In this document: one piece after another, positions 19,656 through 29,325 of the stretch
How the letters are laid out: the number at the start of each line of letters is the position of its first letter
How positions within the stretch are numbered: position 1 is the first letter of the stretch
DNA from: Bacteroidota bacterium
Lineage (GTDB): Bacteria > Bacteroidota > Bacteroidia > 2-12-FULL-35-15
Assembly: GCA_947479085.1 (NCBI GenBank)
Contig: CANJYB010000013.1
Coordinates: 36,632-100,631 of the forward strand
DNA: 64,000 nt
Direction of reading: 5' to 3'
The notes under the pieces: model-generated
Database searches by the model: none
Told to the model about the DNA's origin: nothing
Seen by the model: only the letters and a program-made list of their open reading frames with translations
Made by a program: the position numbers and the translations under genes

Positions 19656-20900
19656 ATGTTACGAACCATTAAGGAATATTTACAATTAGACAGAACCTTT
19701 CACAACCTTGTGATTGTTGAATTATTTGTACAGATAATAAATGTGACATTTATTACTGTTCTTCCTTTATACATGAAAGCGGAAGGTTTCAGCGATGCGC
19801 AATATGCTCATTTTACTTCTTACCGATATTTGGGTATGCTGGCTTTGGCTTTATTTCTTGGTATGTATATTAAAGGAAGAAAAATACTTCCCATGTTTTA
19901 TATTGCCGCCATAGGGGTTCCGTTTTTTGCTTTATTAATTTTAATCGGGGTTCATATTCATTCCACCGGTTTATTATTGATTTCGCATTTGCTTTGGGGA
20001 ACGGCTTATACTTTTATCCAGATTCCTATTTTACCTTATATTATTCGTAATGCACCCAAACATCAGCAAACGCTGGCAATAACATTAAACTTTGCTACCT
20101 GGAGCATTGCAAGCATTGCAGGCAGTTTGGTAGTAGCAGTTTTTAATGGAATTAACAAAACCATTTTCAGTGAACAGAATTTATTGTTTGCAATAAGTAT
20201 TATTGGCTTTGCAGGAGTTTATTTTGTAATGAAAATTAAAAAAAGTGAACATGTACCTGTTATTAATGAAAAGAGAAGCGACCTGAGAGAATACGACTGG
20301 AAAATAATTATAAAAGCATTGATACCAACCGCCATCATTGCTATTGGTGCAGGGTTTACCATTCCGTTTATGAGTTTGTTTTTTTCCAATGTTCATAATA
20401 TGAGTACTTCTGCCTTCTCTTATCTCAATTTTACAACAGCCATATTGGTAACTATTGTTGCCATTTACGTTCCTAAAATAAAAAACCGTTGGGGTTATAA
20501 AAAAGCAGTTTCGCGAACACAATTGATGGCCATATTTTGCCTGATAATGATGGCAACTACCCAATATTACAATATGTTTAGCTTCTCGGTTTATATTGCT
20601 GCGGTCTTTTATTTATTTCGCCAGCCATTAATGAGTACTGCAGTACCTATGACTTCTGAAATAACCATGAAGTACGTGGGCGAACGAAACCGAGAAATGG
20701 TGAGCGGCCTTACTTCGGCTATTTGGTCTGGTTCGGCCTATTTCAGTGCCATTGGTTTTGGTATTCTTCGCCATTTGGAAGTGGCTTATGTAAATATTTT
20801 CTGGATAACAGCTGGAATGTATTTATTGGGTGTATTCTGGTACACTTTATTAATAGGAGATTTTAACAGAAAGGAACTTGCCGGGGAAATTGTTCATTAA
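19656..20900 (+). CDS. MFS transporter
   Basis: 414 aa with about 12 hydrophobic segments and a central basic loop (KIKKSEHVPVINEKRSDLREYDWK). Confidence 0.6.
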   Translation: MLRTIKEYLQLDRTFHNLVIVELFVQIINVTFITVLPLYMKAEGFSDAQYAHFTSYRYLGMLALALFLGMYIKGRKILPMFYIAAIGVPFFALLILIGVHIHSTGLLLISHLLWGTAYTFIQIPILPYIIRNAPKHQQTLAITLNFATWSIASIAGSLVVAVFNGINKTIFSEQNLLFAISIIGFAGVYFVMKIKKSEHVPVINEKRSDLREYDWKIIIKALIPTAIIAIGAGFTIPFMSLFFSNVHNMSTSAFSYLNFTTAILVTIVAIYVPKIKNRWGYKKAVSRTQLMAIFCLIMMATTQYYNMFSFSVYIAAVFYLFRQPLMSTAVPMTSEITMKYVGERNREMVSGLTSAIWSGSAYFSAIGFGILRHLEVAYVNIFWITAGMYLLGVFWYTLLIGDFNRKELAGEIVH

Positions 20901-21006
20901 TGAGAATGACCGATATTAGATGTCGGCTGACCGATGAAAGTTGGTCTCTTTATACTTGATTTTTAATAAAAACCTACTTTTTTTGTTTTTGCCTTATGTC
21001 CAACAA

Positions 21007-21258
21007 CCAAGTGAGTAAAATGAATCCTTTTTGCTTACTTCCCAGTTACCAAGTAAGCAAAATGAATCCTTTTTGCTTACTTCCCAGTTACCAAGTAAGC
21101 AAAATGAATCTATTTTGCTTACTTCCCAGTTACCGAGTAAGCAAAATGAATCTCTTTTGCTTACTTCCCAGTTAACAAGTAAGCAAAATGAATCTTTTTT
21201 GCTTACTTCCCTGTTGATAAGGATGCGAAATGAATCCTTTTTGCTTACTTCCTAAGTG
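21007..21258. repeat. tandem array A1: 6 x 42 bp, each unit containing a 10-bp perfect hairpin
   Basis: Unit is CCAAGTAAGCAAAATGAATCCTTTTTGCTTACTTCCCAGTTA. TTGCTTACTT and AAGTAAGCAA are exact reverse complements. Unit starts are 21007, 21049, 21091, 21133, 21175 and 21217. Confidence 0.9.
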
Positions 21259-21301
21259 TATGTTGCATATAATCAGTATTTTGAAATAATTATTTCAATT
21301 T

Positions 21302-21379
21302 TGCCTTTGTTGCTATTTTCACCAACAAACACTGAAGTAAGTTTAGTTCGTTTGCACTTAAAAAACACCTGCAAAGGCA
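21302..21379. repeat. tail module T1 (78 bp, closed by TGCCTTTG/CAAAGGCA); repeated at 21656..21734
   Basis: TGCCTTTGTTGCTATTTTCACCAACAAACACTGAAGTAAGTTTAGTTCGTTT...ACCTGCAAAGGCA aligns by eye with 21656..21734, with scattered substitutions. There is an internal TTGTTG/CAACAA hairpin. Confidence 0.8.
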
Positions 21380-21418
21380 TAAAACCTACTTTTTTTGTTT
21401 TGGCCTTATGTCCAACAG

Positions 21419-21652
21419 GGAGGTAAGCCCGTACACTTGTCCGAGCTTACTTCCCAGTTAGGAGATGGGTTCGGACAAGTGTTTGCTCAAACCTCCCAAT
21501 TAGGAGGTAAGGCCAAACACTCGTCCGGGCTTACTTCCCAGTTAGGAAGTTAGTCCGTACACTTGTCCGAGCTTACTTCCTTGTTGGACATAACCTCCGG
21601 ACACTTGTTTTGGCATACTTCCCAGTTGGGAAGTGAGTCCGTACACTTTTAG
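21419..21652. repeat. tandem array A2: about 5.5 x 42 bp, sharing the CTTACTTCCCAGTTA core with A1
   Basis: Units start at 21419, 21461, 21503, 21545, 21587 and 21629. The conserved core is GCTTACTTCCCAGTTA with a variable ~26-nt part. Units 1 and 2 contain ACACTTGTCCGA and TCGGACAAGTGT, a 12-bp inverted pair. Confidence 0.85.
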
Positions 21653-21655
21653 TTA

Positions 21656-21734
21656 TGCCTTTGTTGGTGTTTTCGCCAACAAACGCTGAATGAAGTTTAG
21701 TTCGTTTTATAGGTAAAAAATACCTGCAAAGGCA
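21656..21734. repeat. tail module T2 (copy of 21302..21379)
   Basis: Same order of motifs as T1: TGCCTTTGTTGG..GCCAACAAACGCTGAATGAAGTTTAGTTCGTTT..ACCTGCAAAGGCA. Confidence 0.8.
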
Positions 21735-21802
21735 TAAAATGAATCTTCGGGAATTGTAATAAGTTATTCGAAGGGAAAAAAGAACAACAGACAAGTGGTA
21801 AA

Positions 21803-22714
21803 TTAAAACCCCAAAAGGTTTCCCTTTACACCATATTTACTAAACTCAACAGAAGGGGCCGGGATTTTTATAAAACCAATGGTATTAAACACCGTATTTA
21901 AAATTTTCGACTTGGTTTTAATTCTTGTTAAGTCAACATCCAGCGATAAATAAAACTGCCGGTATCTTTCAAAATTAATCTGCCAACCGTTGGCATCAAT
22001 ATAGGGTGGGTTAAAAACAGCACCCGTCATTCCATCTGCTCCATACCCCACAGCCAGGTTTAACCATTTTGGGAATTTTGTTCCTTTCCTCATAAATGCT
22101 GAAGGGTTAACCGACAACCAATAGGTTTGGCCGTTATAGTCTTTCAAAATACTTTCCTGCCAGTCTTTTCCCAGTTGGTCAGGCCGGTAAGGTGCATACA
22201 TACTTTTTTGATACGAACATTTTAAAACAATTCGCTGGTCGTCCCAGACCAATTGTTCTCCCACCACCATCAATGAACCCACCGTATTTGCAGCAAAGTC
22301 GCCCACCGAAAAGCCCCATTGCGAAGAAAAACCATCCAGTACTTCTATGGTACTTTGATAAACAGAACCCACCATACCACCATACCAGATGGCTTTTTTA
22401 CGCTCCACTCCGCTCCATTTCATTAACCCGATTCCTACCCGGCCAACATAATAAGCAGTGGTAAGGTGTCCAAACTTATCCATTTGCATCCATTCATTGT
22501 TATCGTTAAAAAAATGGAACGAAGAACGGGGATAGTCCTTGTACCACAATTCATTTAAGCCATACATGGAACCGGCATATAATACTGCTTCGGTGGAAAC
22601 AACAAGAGCTGCTCTTTTTTTATTAAAAGGAATCGCTTTAGTTGTATCCGTTTGCGATAAAACATGACTACTTATTATAAACAGGACAATAAAAACGAGA
22701 AACTTGTTCATCAA
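21803..22714 (-). CDS. DUF2279-like periplasmic lipoprotein
   Basis: 303 aa with a signal peptide and the motif NEWMQMDKFGHLTTAYYVG. Confidence 0.45.
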   Translation of the reverse strand: MMNKFLVFIVLFIISSHVLSQTDTTKAIPFNKKRAALVVSTEAVLYAGSMYGLNELWYKDYPRSSFHFFNDNNEWMQMDKFGHLTTAYYVGRVGIGLMKWSGVERKKAIWYGGMVGSVYQSTIEVLDGFSSQWGFSVGDFAANTVGSLMVVGEQLVWDDQRIVLKCSYQKSMYAPYRPDQLGKDWQESILKDYNGQTYWLSVNPSAFMRKGTKFPKWLNLAVGYGADGMTGAVFNPPYIDANGWQINFERYRQFYLSLDVDLTRIKTKSKILNTVFNTIGFIKIPAPSVEFSKYGVKGNLLGF

Positions 22715-22789
22715 TATTAAGAAATTTACCGCTAAGGCGGAAAGGGCACTAAGGTAAGCAAAGAAATGATTGGTGGTTGAATGTACTGA

Positions 22790-22824
22790 TACCCCTGTAA
22801 GGGTTTAGAACCCTGACAGGGGTA
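22790..22824 (-). terminator. long hairpin downstream of the SpoIID-like gene (no U-run)
   Basis: TACCCCTGT..GGGTT-TAG-AACCC..ACAGGGGTA, about 15 paired positions. Confidence 0.35.
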
Positions 22825-22851
22825 ATACTTAAAAGAGCCAATATGCGAATT

Positions 22852-24033
22852 TCACTCCTGCCTGAAGTAACTTAGTGCTGATAAATCAACAAGGTGTACG
22901 TCCTTATAATAGAAGTTCAATATATGTTTATAGGTATAACCCAGAACAGCCTGGCGCATGGCACCTTCCTGGCAAAGTCCTACACCATGTCCGTAACCTC
23001 TTCCGTTAAAACGAATAGAATCGCCAATTTGTTCAATGGAAAAGTAAGTAGAACGCAATTTAAAATCAGCGCGAATGATTTTAAGCGGAATTTTAAGATT
23101 CCTATCCATAAAATAAATAGTTCGTCCGTTAGATTGGGAGAAAGAGGTAGCTCCTGCAAATTTAGAACTATCATCCACCGGATATTTATGTTTAAGTTGC
23201 AGATAAGCCTTCCAGTCTTCCAGCGGAATGGTTCGTTGCCATACCGCATTATAACTATGAATGCAAAAAGTATCCTTTACCGATTTTAAATACGAAGTGG
23301 AAATAGACCAGACATCCTGGGAGTTGCAGGTTACTCCTCCGCAATTGGAATGAAATGCAGAGGTGATAAGGTTTAAATCATTATCGACTATTACCAGTCC
23401 TCTTGTTTCCAAAACTCCTTTTACAATATTTTCTTCTGTGGCTTTATTTAAATAGGCCTGGCAATGAACATCGTCACATAACTGAAAGCCTTCCGGCTCG
23501 TGGCGATTAAGATGGGATAATAAAAAAGTACGGCATAAGATAGCCTGTAGTTTATAGTATTCTAGGCTTATGTTTTTTCCTGCTTCCGACTGAACAACAC
23601 CTGCAATATAATTTTCAAGGCTAACTTTATTAATAATCAAAAACTGGGCTTTATCAGGAGTTAATCCCACTTCCATATCCCCGTCATACGTTCGCACTCG
23701 GCTTTGCGGGGTTACCGATTTAATTTTAAACTCTCCGGCTTTTTCTTTTGAATAAAATTTCAGGGATGCAAATTTCCCGATGGTTCTTTCAAATGTTTTT
23801 AATAGAATGGAGTCCTTTTCAATATTCATTTGAAATATACCGGTCGGGTCGTAATCTTTTAACAGGTTGCCATCTCCATAAACAAGGTAATCGCCCGAAG
23901 TGGGCGAAAAAGCAAATGTGGTAATTACCTTGGTGGTTAAAATGCGGATACTTACATTAGTAAGGTTTTCAGGCCTTACAAAGGAAGTAAAAAAAATATA
24001 TAAACTGCAAATTATGATAAAGGGCTTTCTCAT
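22852..24033 (-). CDS. SpoIID/LytB domain protein
   Basis: Motifs NYIAGVVQSE, SAFHSNCGG and GRGYGHGVGLCQEGA. Confidence 0.8.
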   Translation of the reverse strand: MRKPFIIICSLYIFFTSFVRPENLTNVSIRILTTKVITTFAFSPTSGDYLVYGDGNLLKDYDPTGIFQMNIEKDSILLKTFERTIGKFASLKFYSKEKAGEFKIKSVTPQSRVRTYDGDMEVGLTPDKAQFLIINKVSLENYIAGVVQSEAGKNISLEYYKLQAILCRTFLLSHLNRHEPEGFQLCDDVHCQAYLNKATEENIVKGVLETRGLVIVDNDLNLITSAFHSNCGGVTCNSQDVWSISTSYLKSVKDTFCIHSYNAVWQRTIPLEDWKAYLQLKHKYPVDDSSKFAGATSFSQSNGRTIYFMDRNLKIPLKIIRADFKLRSTYFSIEQIGDSIRFNGRGYGHGVGLCQEGAMRQAVLGYTYKHILNFYYKDVHLVDLSALSYFRQE

Positions 24034-25136
24034 TAATTAGCTTTTAAATAGTTAATCATTAAGGTGGCTGCCTTTTTTGAAGCGCCTGCTCCTCCTAATT
24101 TTACAATTAACTCAGCATAGTAATCCAACATTACCTTTCTTGGAAAAGGATTTAAGAGTTTATCAAGTTCTATTTTAAGATTGGCTTCATTCAATTCGTT
24201 TTGAATTAACTCCTTTACTATTTCCTTATCCATTATTAAATTGACCAAAGAAATATATTTTACTTTCACCAATTGTTTGGCAATGGCAAAAGAGATGGCA
24301 CCTCCCTTGTAGCATACTACTTCCGGCACCTTAAATAATGCCGTTTCAAGAGTAGCTGTGCCGGATGTTACCAATGCCGCTTCAGCCTTTTGCAATAGTT
24401 GATACGTTTGATTAAATACTATTTTTACATCAGCATCATTAATAAAAGTGGAGTAATATTCCTTGCTCTGAGAAGGTGCGCCTGCTATTATAAATTGATA
24501 ATTACTGTAATGCTTTTTCAGTGATAACATCAATGGCAGCATGGTTGCAATCTCCTGTTTTCTGCTTCCGGGAAGCAATGCAATAATTGGTTTATCTGAT
24601 GTTATAGCTAAGGTGTTCGATTGATTGGAATATTGGGCAATAGCATCTAACAAAGGATGACCAACAAAATCAACATCATAATCAAATCGTTTATAAAACT
24701 CCTGTTCAAATGGCAGGATAACAAACATTCTGTCTACTACTTTTTTTATTTTATGAACGCGAGATTGCTTCCATGCCCATATTTGTGGTGAGATATAATA
24801 GAAAACTTTAATTCCGTTTGCCTTAGCAAATTCGGCAACACGCAAATTGAAACCCGGATAATCCACTAAAATTAACACATCGGGTTTATGTGCAATAATA
24901 TCCTTTTTGCAAATATCAATGTTATTTAAAATAGTGCGGAGATTCATTAATACTTCCGTGAATCCCATAAATGCAAGTTCACGATAGTGTTTTACTAAAT
25001 GCCCTCCCTGGGCCTGCATTAAATCTCCCCCCCAACATCTGAAGTCAGCTTTTGCATCCAGAACTTTAAGTTCCTTCATCAAATTAGATGCGTGCAAATC
25101 ACCTGATGCTTCTCCGGCAATGATATAATAATTCAT
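24033..25136 (-). CDS. lpxB: lipid-A-disaccharide synthase
   Basis: MNYYIIAGEASGDLHASNLM N-terminus, ISPQIWAWKQSR, LPGSRKQEI. Confidence 0.9.
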   Translation of the reverse strand: MNYYIIAGEASGDLHASNLMKELKVLDAKADFRCWGGDLMQAQGGHLVKHYRELAFMGFTEVLMNLRTILNNIDICKKDIIAHKPDVLILVDYPGFNLRVAEFAKANGIKVFYYISPQIWAWKQSRVHKIKKVVDRMFVILPFEQEFYKRFDYDVDFVGHPLLDAIAQYSNQSNTLAITSDKPIIALLPGSRKQEIATMLPLMLSLKKHYSNYQFIIAGAPSQSKEYYSTFINDADVKIVFNQTYQLLQKAEAALVTSGTATLETALFKVPEVVCYKGGAISFAIAKQLVKVKYISLVNLIMDKEIVKELIQNELNEANLKIELDKLLNPFPRKVMLDYYAELIVKLGGAGASKKAATLMINYLKAN

Positions 25137-25439
25137 TTATTGAATGCGAAGGTGGTCAGTAAAAAAACTAAAGTACGCTATTACTCCTGCCCAAATAAAG
25201 GTAGCAATTAAAACACCCTTAGTAGCCTGGTACTTTTCTTTATTCATGGTTAAATAAAACGGTGCCAGGTTTACCACCATACAGATGCTCACGTTTACTC
25301 TTTTTAAATTATGTTCATTTACAAACATGTAATAAAAAGCAAAAACAATTGGTGGGAGTATTAATCCCAGTAGCAATCCAAACCATACTTTATCAAAATC
25401 AAATTCTTTCATGTATTTAAAGTTTCCAACTGTTTTCAA
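25137..25439 (-). CDS. small membrane protein (3 TM segments) between surE and lpxB
   Basis: 100-aa hydrophobic ORF. It is tightly packed in the operon: it overlaps the surE stop and abuts the lpxB start. Confidence 0.5.
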   Translation of the reverse strand: MKTVGNFKYMKEFDFDKVWFGLLLGLILPPIVFAFYYMFVNEHNLKRVNVSICMVVNLAPFYLTMNKEKYQATKGVLIATFIWAGVIAYFSFFTDHLRIQ

Positions 25440-26193
25440 TTTCTTTAATTGCCTTGTGCGCTGTCATATCAAACTGTGTGGGCACCACCGAAACATAATT
25501 ATTTTCGTTTGCCCAAACATCTGTATCCTTTTTTCCTTTATCGTAATTCTCGAATTTCCCGGTTAACCAATAGTAAGGGTTTCCACTCGGGTCATGTCGT
25601 TCATCAAGCTCTTCAATCCAATTGGCTCGGGCCTGACGGCAAATTTTTATTCCTGCTATTTCGCTATATTTCAATTTTGGAATATTCACATTCAAACAAA
25701 CATCCTTTGGCAAAGAGTTCTTTAAAACGTATTCGGCAATGGTTTTGATTATTTTTTTTGAGGCAGAAAAATCAGCATCATAAGAAGAATCACACAAGGA
25801 AAAACCGATGGAAGGAATACTCTCAATGGCGCCTTCCACTGCAGCAGACATAGTACCCGAATAAATAACATTTATAGACATGTTGCTGCCATGATTAATA
25901 CCTGAAACACATAAGTCAGGTTTTCTTTTTAAAATCTTATTTACTGCAAATTTTACACAATCAACAGGGGTTCCGGTACAACTATACTCTTCCTTTATTC
26001 CGTGAGTCTTCGTTTTATGCAGTCTTAGGGTGGAATTAATGGTAATTGCATGTCCCATACCTGACTGAGGTTTATCGGGTGCCACTACTACCACTTCCCC
26101 TAAAGTTTTCATTACTTCTACCAATGCAATAATGCCCGGAGCGGTAATTCCATCGTCATTGGTAACCAATATTAAAGGTTTTTTCTTTTTCAT
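25417..26193 (-). CDS. surE: 5'/3'-nucleotidase SurE
   Basis: MKKKKPLILVTNDDGITAPGI and SGINHGSN motifs. I use the internal ATG at 26193 because the 43 residues upstream in the tracked ORF look non-coding. Confidence 0.85.
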   Translation of the reverse strand: MKKKKPLILVTNDDGITAPGIIALVEVMKTLGEVVVVAPDKPQSGMGHAITINSTLRLHKTKTHGIKEEYSCTGTPVDCVKFAVNKILKRKPDLCVSGINHGSNMSINVIYSGTMSAAVEGAIESIPSIGFSLCDSSYDADFSASKKIIKTIAEYVLKNSLPKDVCLNVNIPKLKYSEIAGIKICRQARANWIEELDERHDPSGNPYYWLTGKFENYDKGKKDTDVWANENNYVSVVPTQFDMTAHKAIKEIENSWKL

Positions 26194-26390
26194 TTCTGTA
26201 AAATTACAGCTTATTAAAACAAGGAAATAGCAGGATTTAAAAATACATTCACATTTAATTGTTGATAACAACAGGTCCTCATTAACAAAAACAGTAACAT
26301 GGAATACCAACAGTTCGCTCATATTTAATAAATAGGTTTAAGCATTGGTTTAATTTGTAATTTTGACACCCTTTAAAAGAAAAGAAATAA

Positions 26391-27614
26391 ATGAAGAGTT
26401 TTAATATTCCGGAGTTTTATAAAAGTCCGATCATTTCTAAAATAAAACAATTACGAAAACTAAACGATCCTCGTAAAACAGATTTCAGTCCTACCTTACT
26501 TGATTTCGGACCTGTTCGTTTCTTTATTTCCCGTCATTTCGGGTTTTGTTACGGTGTTGAAAATGCGATAGAAATATCCTATAAAGCTATTGAAGAAAAT
26601 CCTGATAAACGAATTTTTCTTTTGAGCCAAATGATCCATAATCCGGATGTAAATAATGATTTACTTAATCGGGGTGTTCGTTTTTTGATGGATACTTCCG
26701 GCAACCAGATAGTACCCTTTTCTGAACTTACTAAGGACGATGTGGTAGTTATTCCTGCTTTCGGTGCCACTTTAAAGATAGAAGATGAGTTAATTAAAAT
26801 TGGAATTGAAGTCAGAAAATATGATACTACCTGCCCGTTTGTGGAAAGGGTTTGGAAAAAATCAGAGAAACTTGGACAGGACGATTATACAGTCATTATT
26901 CATGGTAAGTTTAACCATGAAGAAACAAGGGCCACTTTTTCAAGAAGTGAAAAAAATGCGCCTTCCATTATTGTCAAGGATATAAATGAAGCAAAGGTGC
27001 TTGGTGAATTTATTTTGGGGAATGTTTCTTTGGCCGAATTTGAACAAACATTTGAAGGTAAGCATTGCGAAAATTTTAATACTACAGAGCATCTGCAAAG
27101 AGTTGGAGTAATAAACCAGACCACCATGCTGGCAACAGAAACCCAGGAAATAGCAGATTATTTCAAGAACATCATGATTAAAAAATACGGTGAATCTGAT
27201 TTGAAAAGTCATTTTGCAGACACCCGAGATACCTTATGTTATGCAACCAATGAAAACCAGGAAGCTACTTATGCATTGCTAAAACAACCTGCTGATTTGG
27301 CTATCGTGGTGGGTGGATATAATAGTTCGAATACCTCTCACATTGTGGAATTGTGTGAGCAGATACTGCCTACTTATTTTATTTCTTCTTCATTTGAAAT
27401 AATTTCAAAAAAGCAAATCAATCATTTTAAATTTAAGGAACAGGAACATACGGTTACCTATGATTATTTACCGGAAAAGGAAACAGTTGATATAATATTA
27501 ACCTGCGGTGCTTCTTGTCCTGATTCAATTGTAGATGATGTTCTTCAAAAGATACTTTCCTTTTATCCTTCGGCTACAGATATTGATGAAATATTGATGA
27601 AAATTTCAAATTAA
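26391..27614 (+). CDS. ispH: 4-hydroxy-3-methylbut-2-enyl diphosphate reductase (long, cyanobacterial/plant-like form)
   Basis: FGFCYGVENAI, MIHNPDVN, TTCPFV, HGKFNHEE, INQTT and GGYNSSNTSH. At 407 aa it is clearly longer than my recollection of E. coli IspH (roughly 300 aa). Confidence 0.85.
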   Translation: MKSFNIPEFYKSPIISKIKQLRKLNDPRKTDFSPTLLDFGPVRFFISRHFGFCYGVENAIEISYKAIEENPDKRIFLLSQMIHNPDVNNDLLNRGVRFLMDTSGNQIVPFSELTKDDVVVIPAFGATLKIEDELIKIGIEVRKYDTTCPFVERVWKKSEKLGQDDYTVIIHGKFNHEETRATFSRSEKNAPSIIVKDINEAKVLGEFILGNVSLAEFEQTFEGKHCENFNTTEHLQRVGVINQTTMLATETQEIADYFKNIMIKKYGESDLKSHFADTRDTLCYATNENQEATYALLKQPADLAIVVGGYNSSNTSHIVELCEQILPTYFISSSFEIISKKQINHFKFKEQEHTVTYDYLPEKETVDIILTCGASCPDSIVDDVLQKILSFYPSATDIDEILMKISN

Positions 27615-27635
27615 TAACAATTCTAAAACAAATTT

Positions 27636-28094
27636 ATGACCGAACATTTCGAGGTAAAAAAATCAAAAATTCCGGGAGCAGGGAAAGGACTGTTTACACT
27701 TAAGGATTTTAAAAAGGGTGAAAGAATTATTGAATATCTGGGAGAAATAATTACTGAAGCAGAATGTGACAGAAGGGCTGAAAAGGATGAGTATGGATAT
27801 ATTTTCTATATCAGTAAAAGGAGATACATAGATGCATTTCACATGCCTGAGGTATTAGCCCGTTTTGCAAATGATGCTAAAGGACTGACTAAAATTAAAG
27901 GCTTAAAAAATAATTGCAGTTACGAAATCTGGAAACACCGGGGATGGATAAAAGCAGAAAAGGACATAGCCGCAGGCGAAGAAATTCTTGTTAGTTACGG
28001 AGCTGAATACTGGAGAGATATTCGATACAATATTCGTTTAGAAAAAGAGAAAAAGCTGGAACAACAAAAAGAAAAAGCGAAAAAGAAAAAGTAA
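27636..28094 (+). CDS. SET-domain protein lysine methyltransferase with lysine-rich tail
   Basis: GAGKGLFT, RFANDAKG (in place of NHS) and EILVSYGAEYW. C-terminus reads EKEKKLEQQKEKAKKKK. Confidence 0.7.
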   Translation: MTEHFEVKKSKIPGAGKGLFTLKDFKKGERIIEYLGEIITEAECDRRAEKDEYGYIFYISKRRYIDAFHMPEVLARFANDAKGLTKIKGLKNNCSYEIWKHRGWIKAEKDIAAGEEILVSYGAEYWRDIRYNIRLEKEKKLEQQKEKAKKKK

Positions 28095-28096
28095 AA

Positions 28097-28858
28097 TTGG
28101 AAGAAAAAAAACTATTTGGGCTAATAGGCTATCCGCTTTCACATTCGTTTTCTCAAAAATATTTTAACGAAAAGTTTGAAAAGGAAAACATTCGGGGTTG
28201 TGAATTCAATGTATATCCTATCCATTCCATTGATTTATTGCCGGAACTCATCAATGAAAATTCTTACCTTAAAGGTTTAAGTGTAACCCTGCCATATAAA
28301 GAAAGTGTAATACCCTTCTTAAATCAACTGGATGTAAGTGCTGAAAGGGTAGGAGCGGTGAATTGCATTAAAATCAACAATAATCAACTTACTGGTTATA
28401 ATACCGATGTTTACGGTTTTCGCCAATCCATTAAACCTTTTTTGGAAATTCAGCATGAAAGAGCACTTATACTTGGAACAGGAGGTGCATCCAAAGCGGT
28501 AGCTTACGTTTTAAAAGAAATTGGTATTGATTGTTATTTTGTAACCCGGAATAAAACCAATCAAAACAGTGGGGACAATAAATTGTTTTCTTACCAGGAA
28601 TTGAATGATAATATTATGAATGCATTTAAGTTAATTGTAAATGCTTCTCCGGTCGGAATGTTTCCTGACGTAAATAATGCACCTGAAATTCCATATCAAT
28701 ATTTAACTTCATCACATCTTTTATATGATTTGGTTTACAATCCTGTTGAAACGGAGTTTCTGAAAAAAGGAAAGCAACAGGGCGCTTCGGTGGTTAATGG
28801 TTTATCCATGCTTCATCAGCAGGCAGAAGAAGCATGGAAAATATGGACATCGGTTTAA
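28097..28858 (+). CDS. aroE: shikimate dehydrogenase
   Basis: GLIGYPLSHSFS, SVTLPYK, NTDVYGF and GTGGASKAV. The start codon is TTG. Confidence 0.85.
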   Translation: MEEKKLFGLIGYPLSHSFSQKYFNEKFEKENIRGCEFNVYPIHSIDLLPELINENSYLKGLSVTLPYKESVIPFLNQLDVSAERVGAVNCIKINNNQLTGYNTDVYGFRQSIKPFLEIQHERALILGTGGASKAVAYVLKEIGIDCYFVTRNKTNQNSGDNKLFSYQELNDNIMNAFKLIVNASPVGMFPDVNNAPEIPYQYLTSSHLLYDLVYNPVETEFLKKGKQQGASVVNGLSMLHQQAEEAWKIWTSV

Positions 28859-28902
28859 TTTTACTAAGAATTAAAATTGATACATAGAATTCAAAATATT
28901 TA

Positions 28903-28910
28903 TACTTTTG
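28903..28910 (+). promoter_or_regulatory. -7 box (TACTTTTG) for the DUF423 gene
   Basis: Matches TAnnTTTG and ends 4 nt before the ATG at 28915. Confidence 0.45.
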
Positions 28911-28914
28911 CCAG

Positions 28915-29325
28915 ATGCAAAAACGATTTTTAGTTTTTAGTGGATTTTCGGGAGCCATTGCTGTTTGCCTTGGCGCCATGGCAGCTCATTTTCTAAAATC
29001 AAAATTAGATACAGGTTTAATCACCGAAACCAACCTGCAGACTTTTGAAACTGCTGCCCGATACCAGATATATCACAGCATTGCTTTGATGGTCGTGGCT
29101 TTGTTTGCCGATAAAATTAAAAACAAACTTTTGCCAAAAGCCGGTTATTGTTTTATGGCCGGAATTGTACTTTTTTCTGGTTCGCTTTATTTACTTTCTA
29201 CGGCCGGACTAATGGGTATGCCAAATGTGAACTGGTTAGGGCCGATTACTCCAATTGGTGGGTTGTTTTTTATTGCAGGCTGGTTGCTTCTTGCTTTTTC
29301 GGCTATGAAACCAACAAAAGACTAA
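28915..29325 (+). CDS. DUF423 (YgdD/TMEM256-like) membrane protein
   Basis: 136 aa with 4 TM segments. Contains GAMAAH..., ARYQIYHS and LFSGSLYLL. Confidence 0.65.
   Translation: MQKRFLVFSGFSGAIAVCLGAMAAHFLKSKLDTGLITETNLQTFETAARYQIYHSIALMVVALFADKIKNKLLPKAGYCFMAGIVLFSGSLYLLSTAGLMGMPNVNWLGPITPIGGLFFIAGWLLLAFSAMKPTKD

Noticed and set aside
21031-21255. 74-aa ORF (MLTSQLPSKQNESFLLTSQLPSKQNES...)
   Set aside because: It is simply the 42-bp tandem array read in frame as a 14-aa repeat. It has no start context and lies in a hairpin-rich intergenic array.
21007-21652. CRISPR array interpretation of the 42-bp repeats
   Set aside because: The units abut directly with no unique spacers, the variable part is itself repeated, and no cas genes are in the window.
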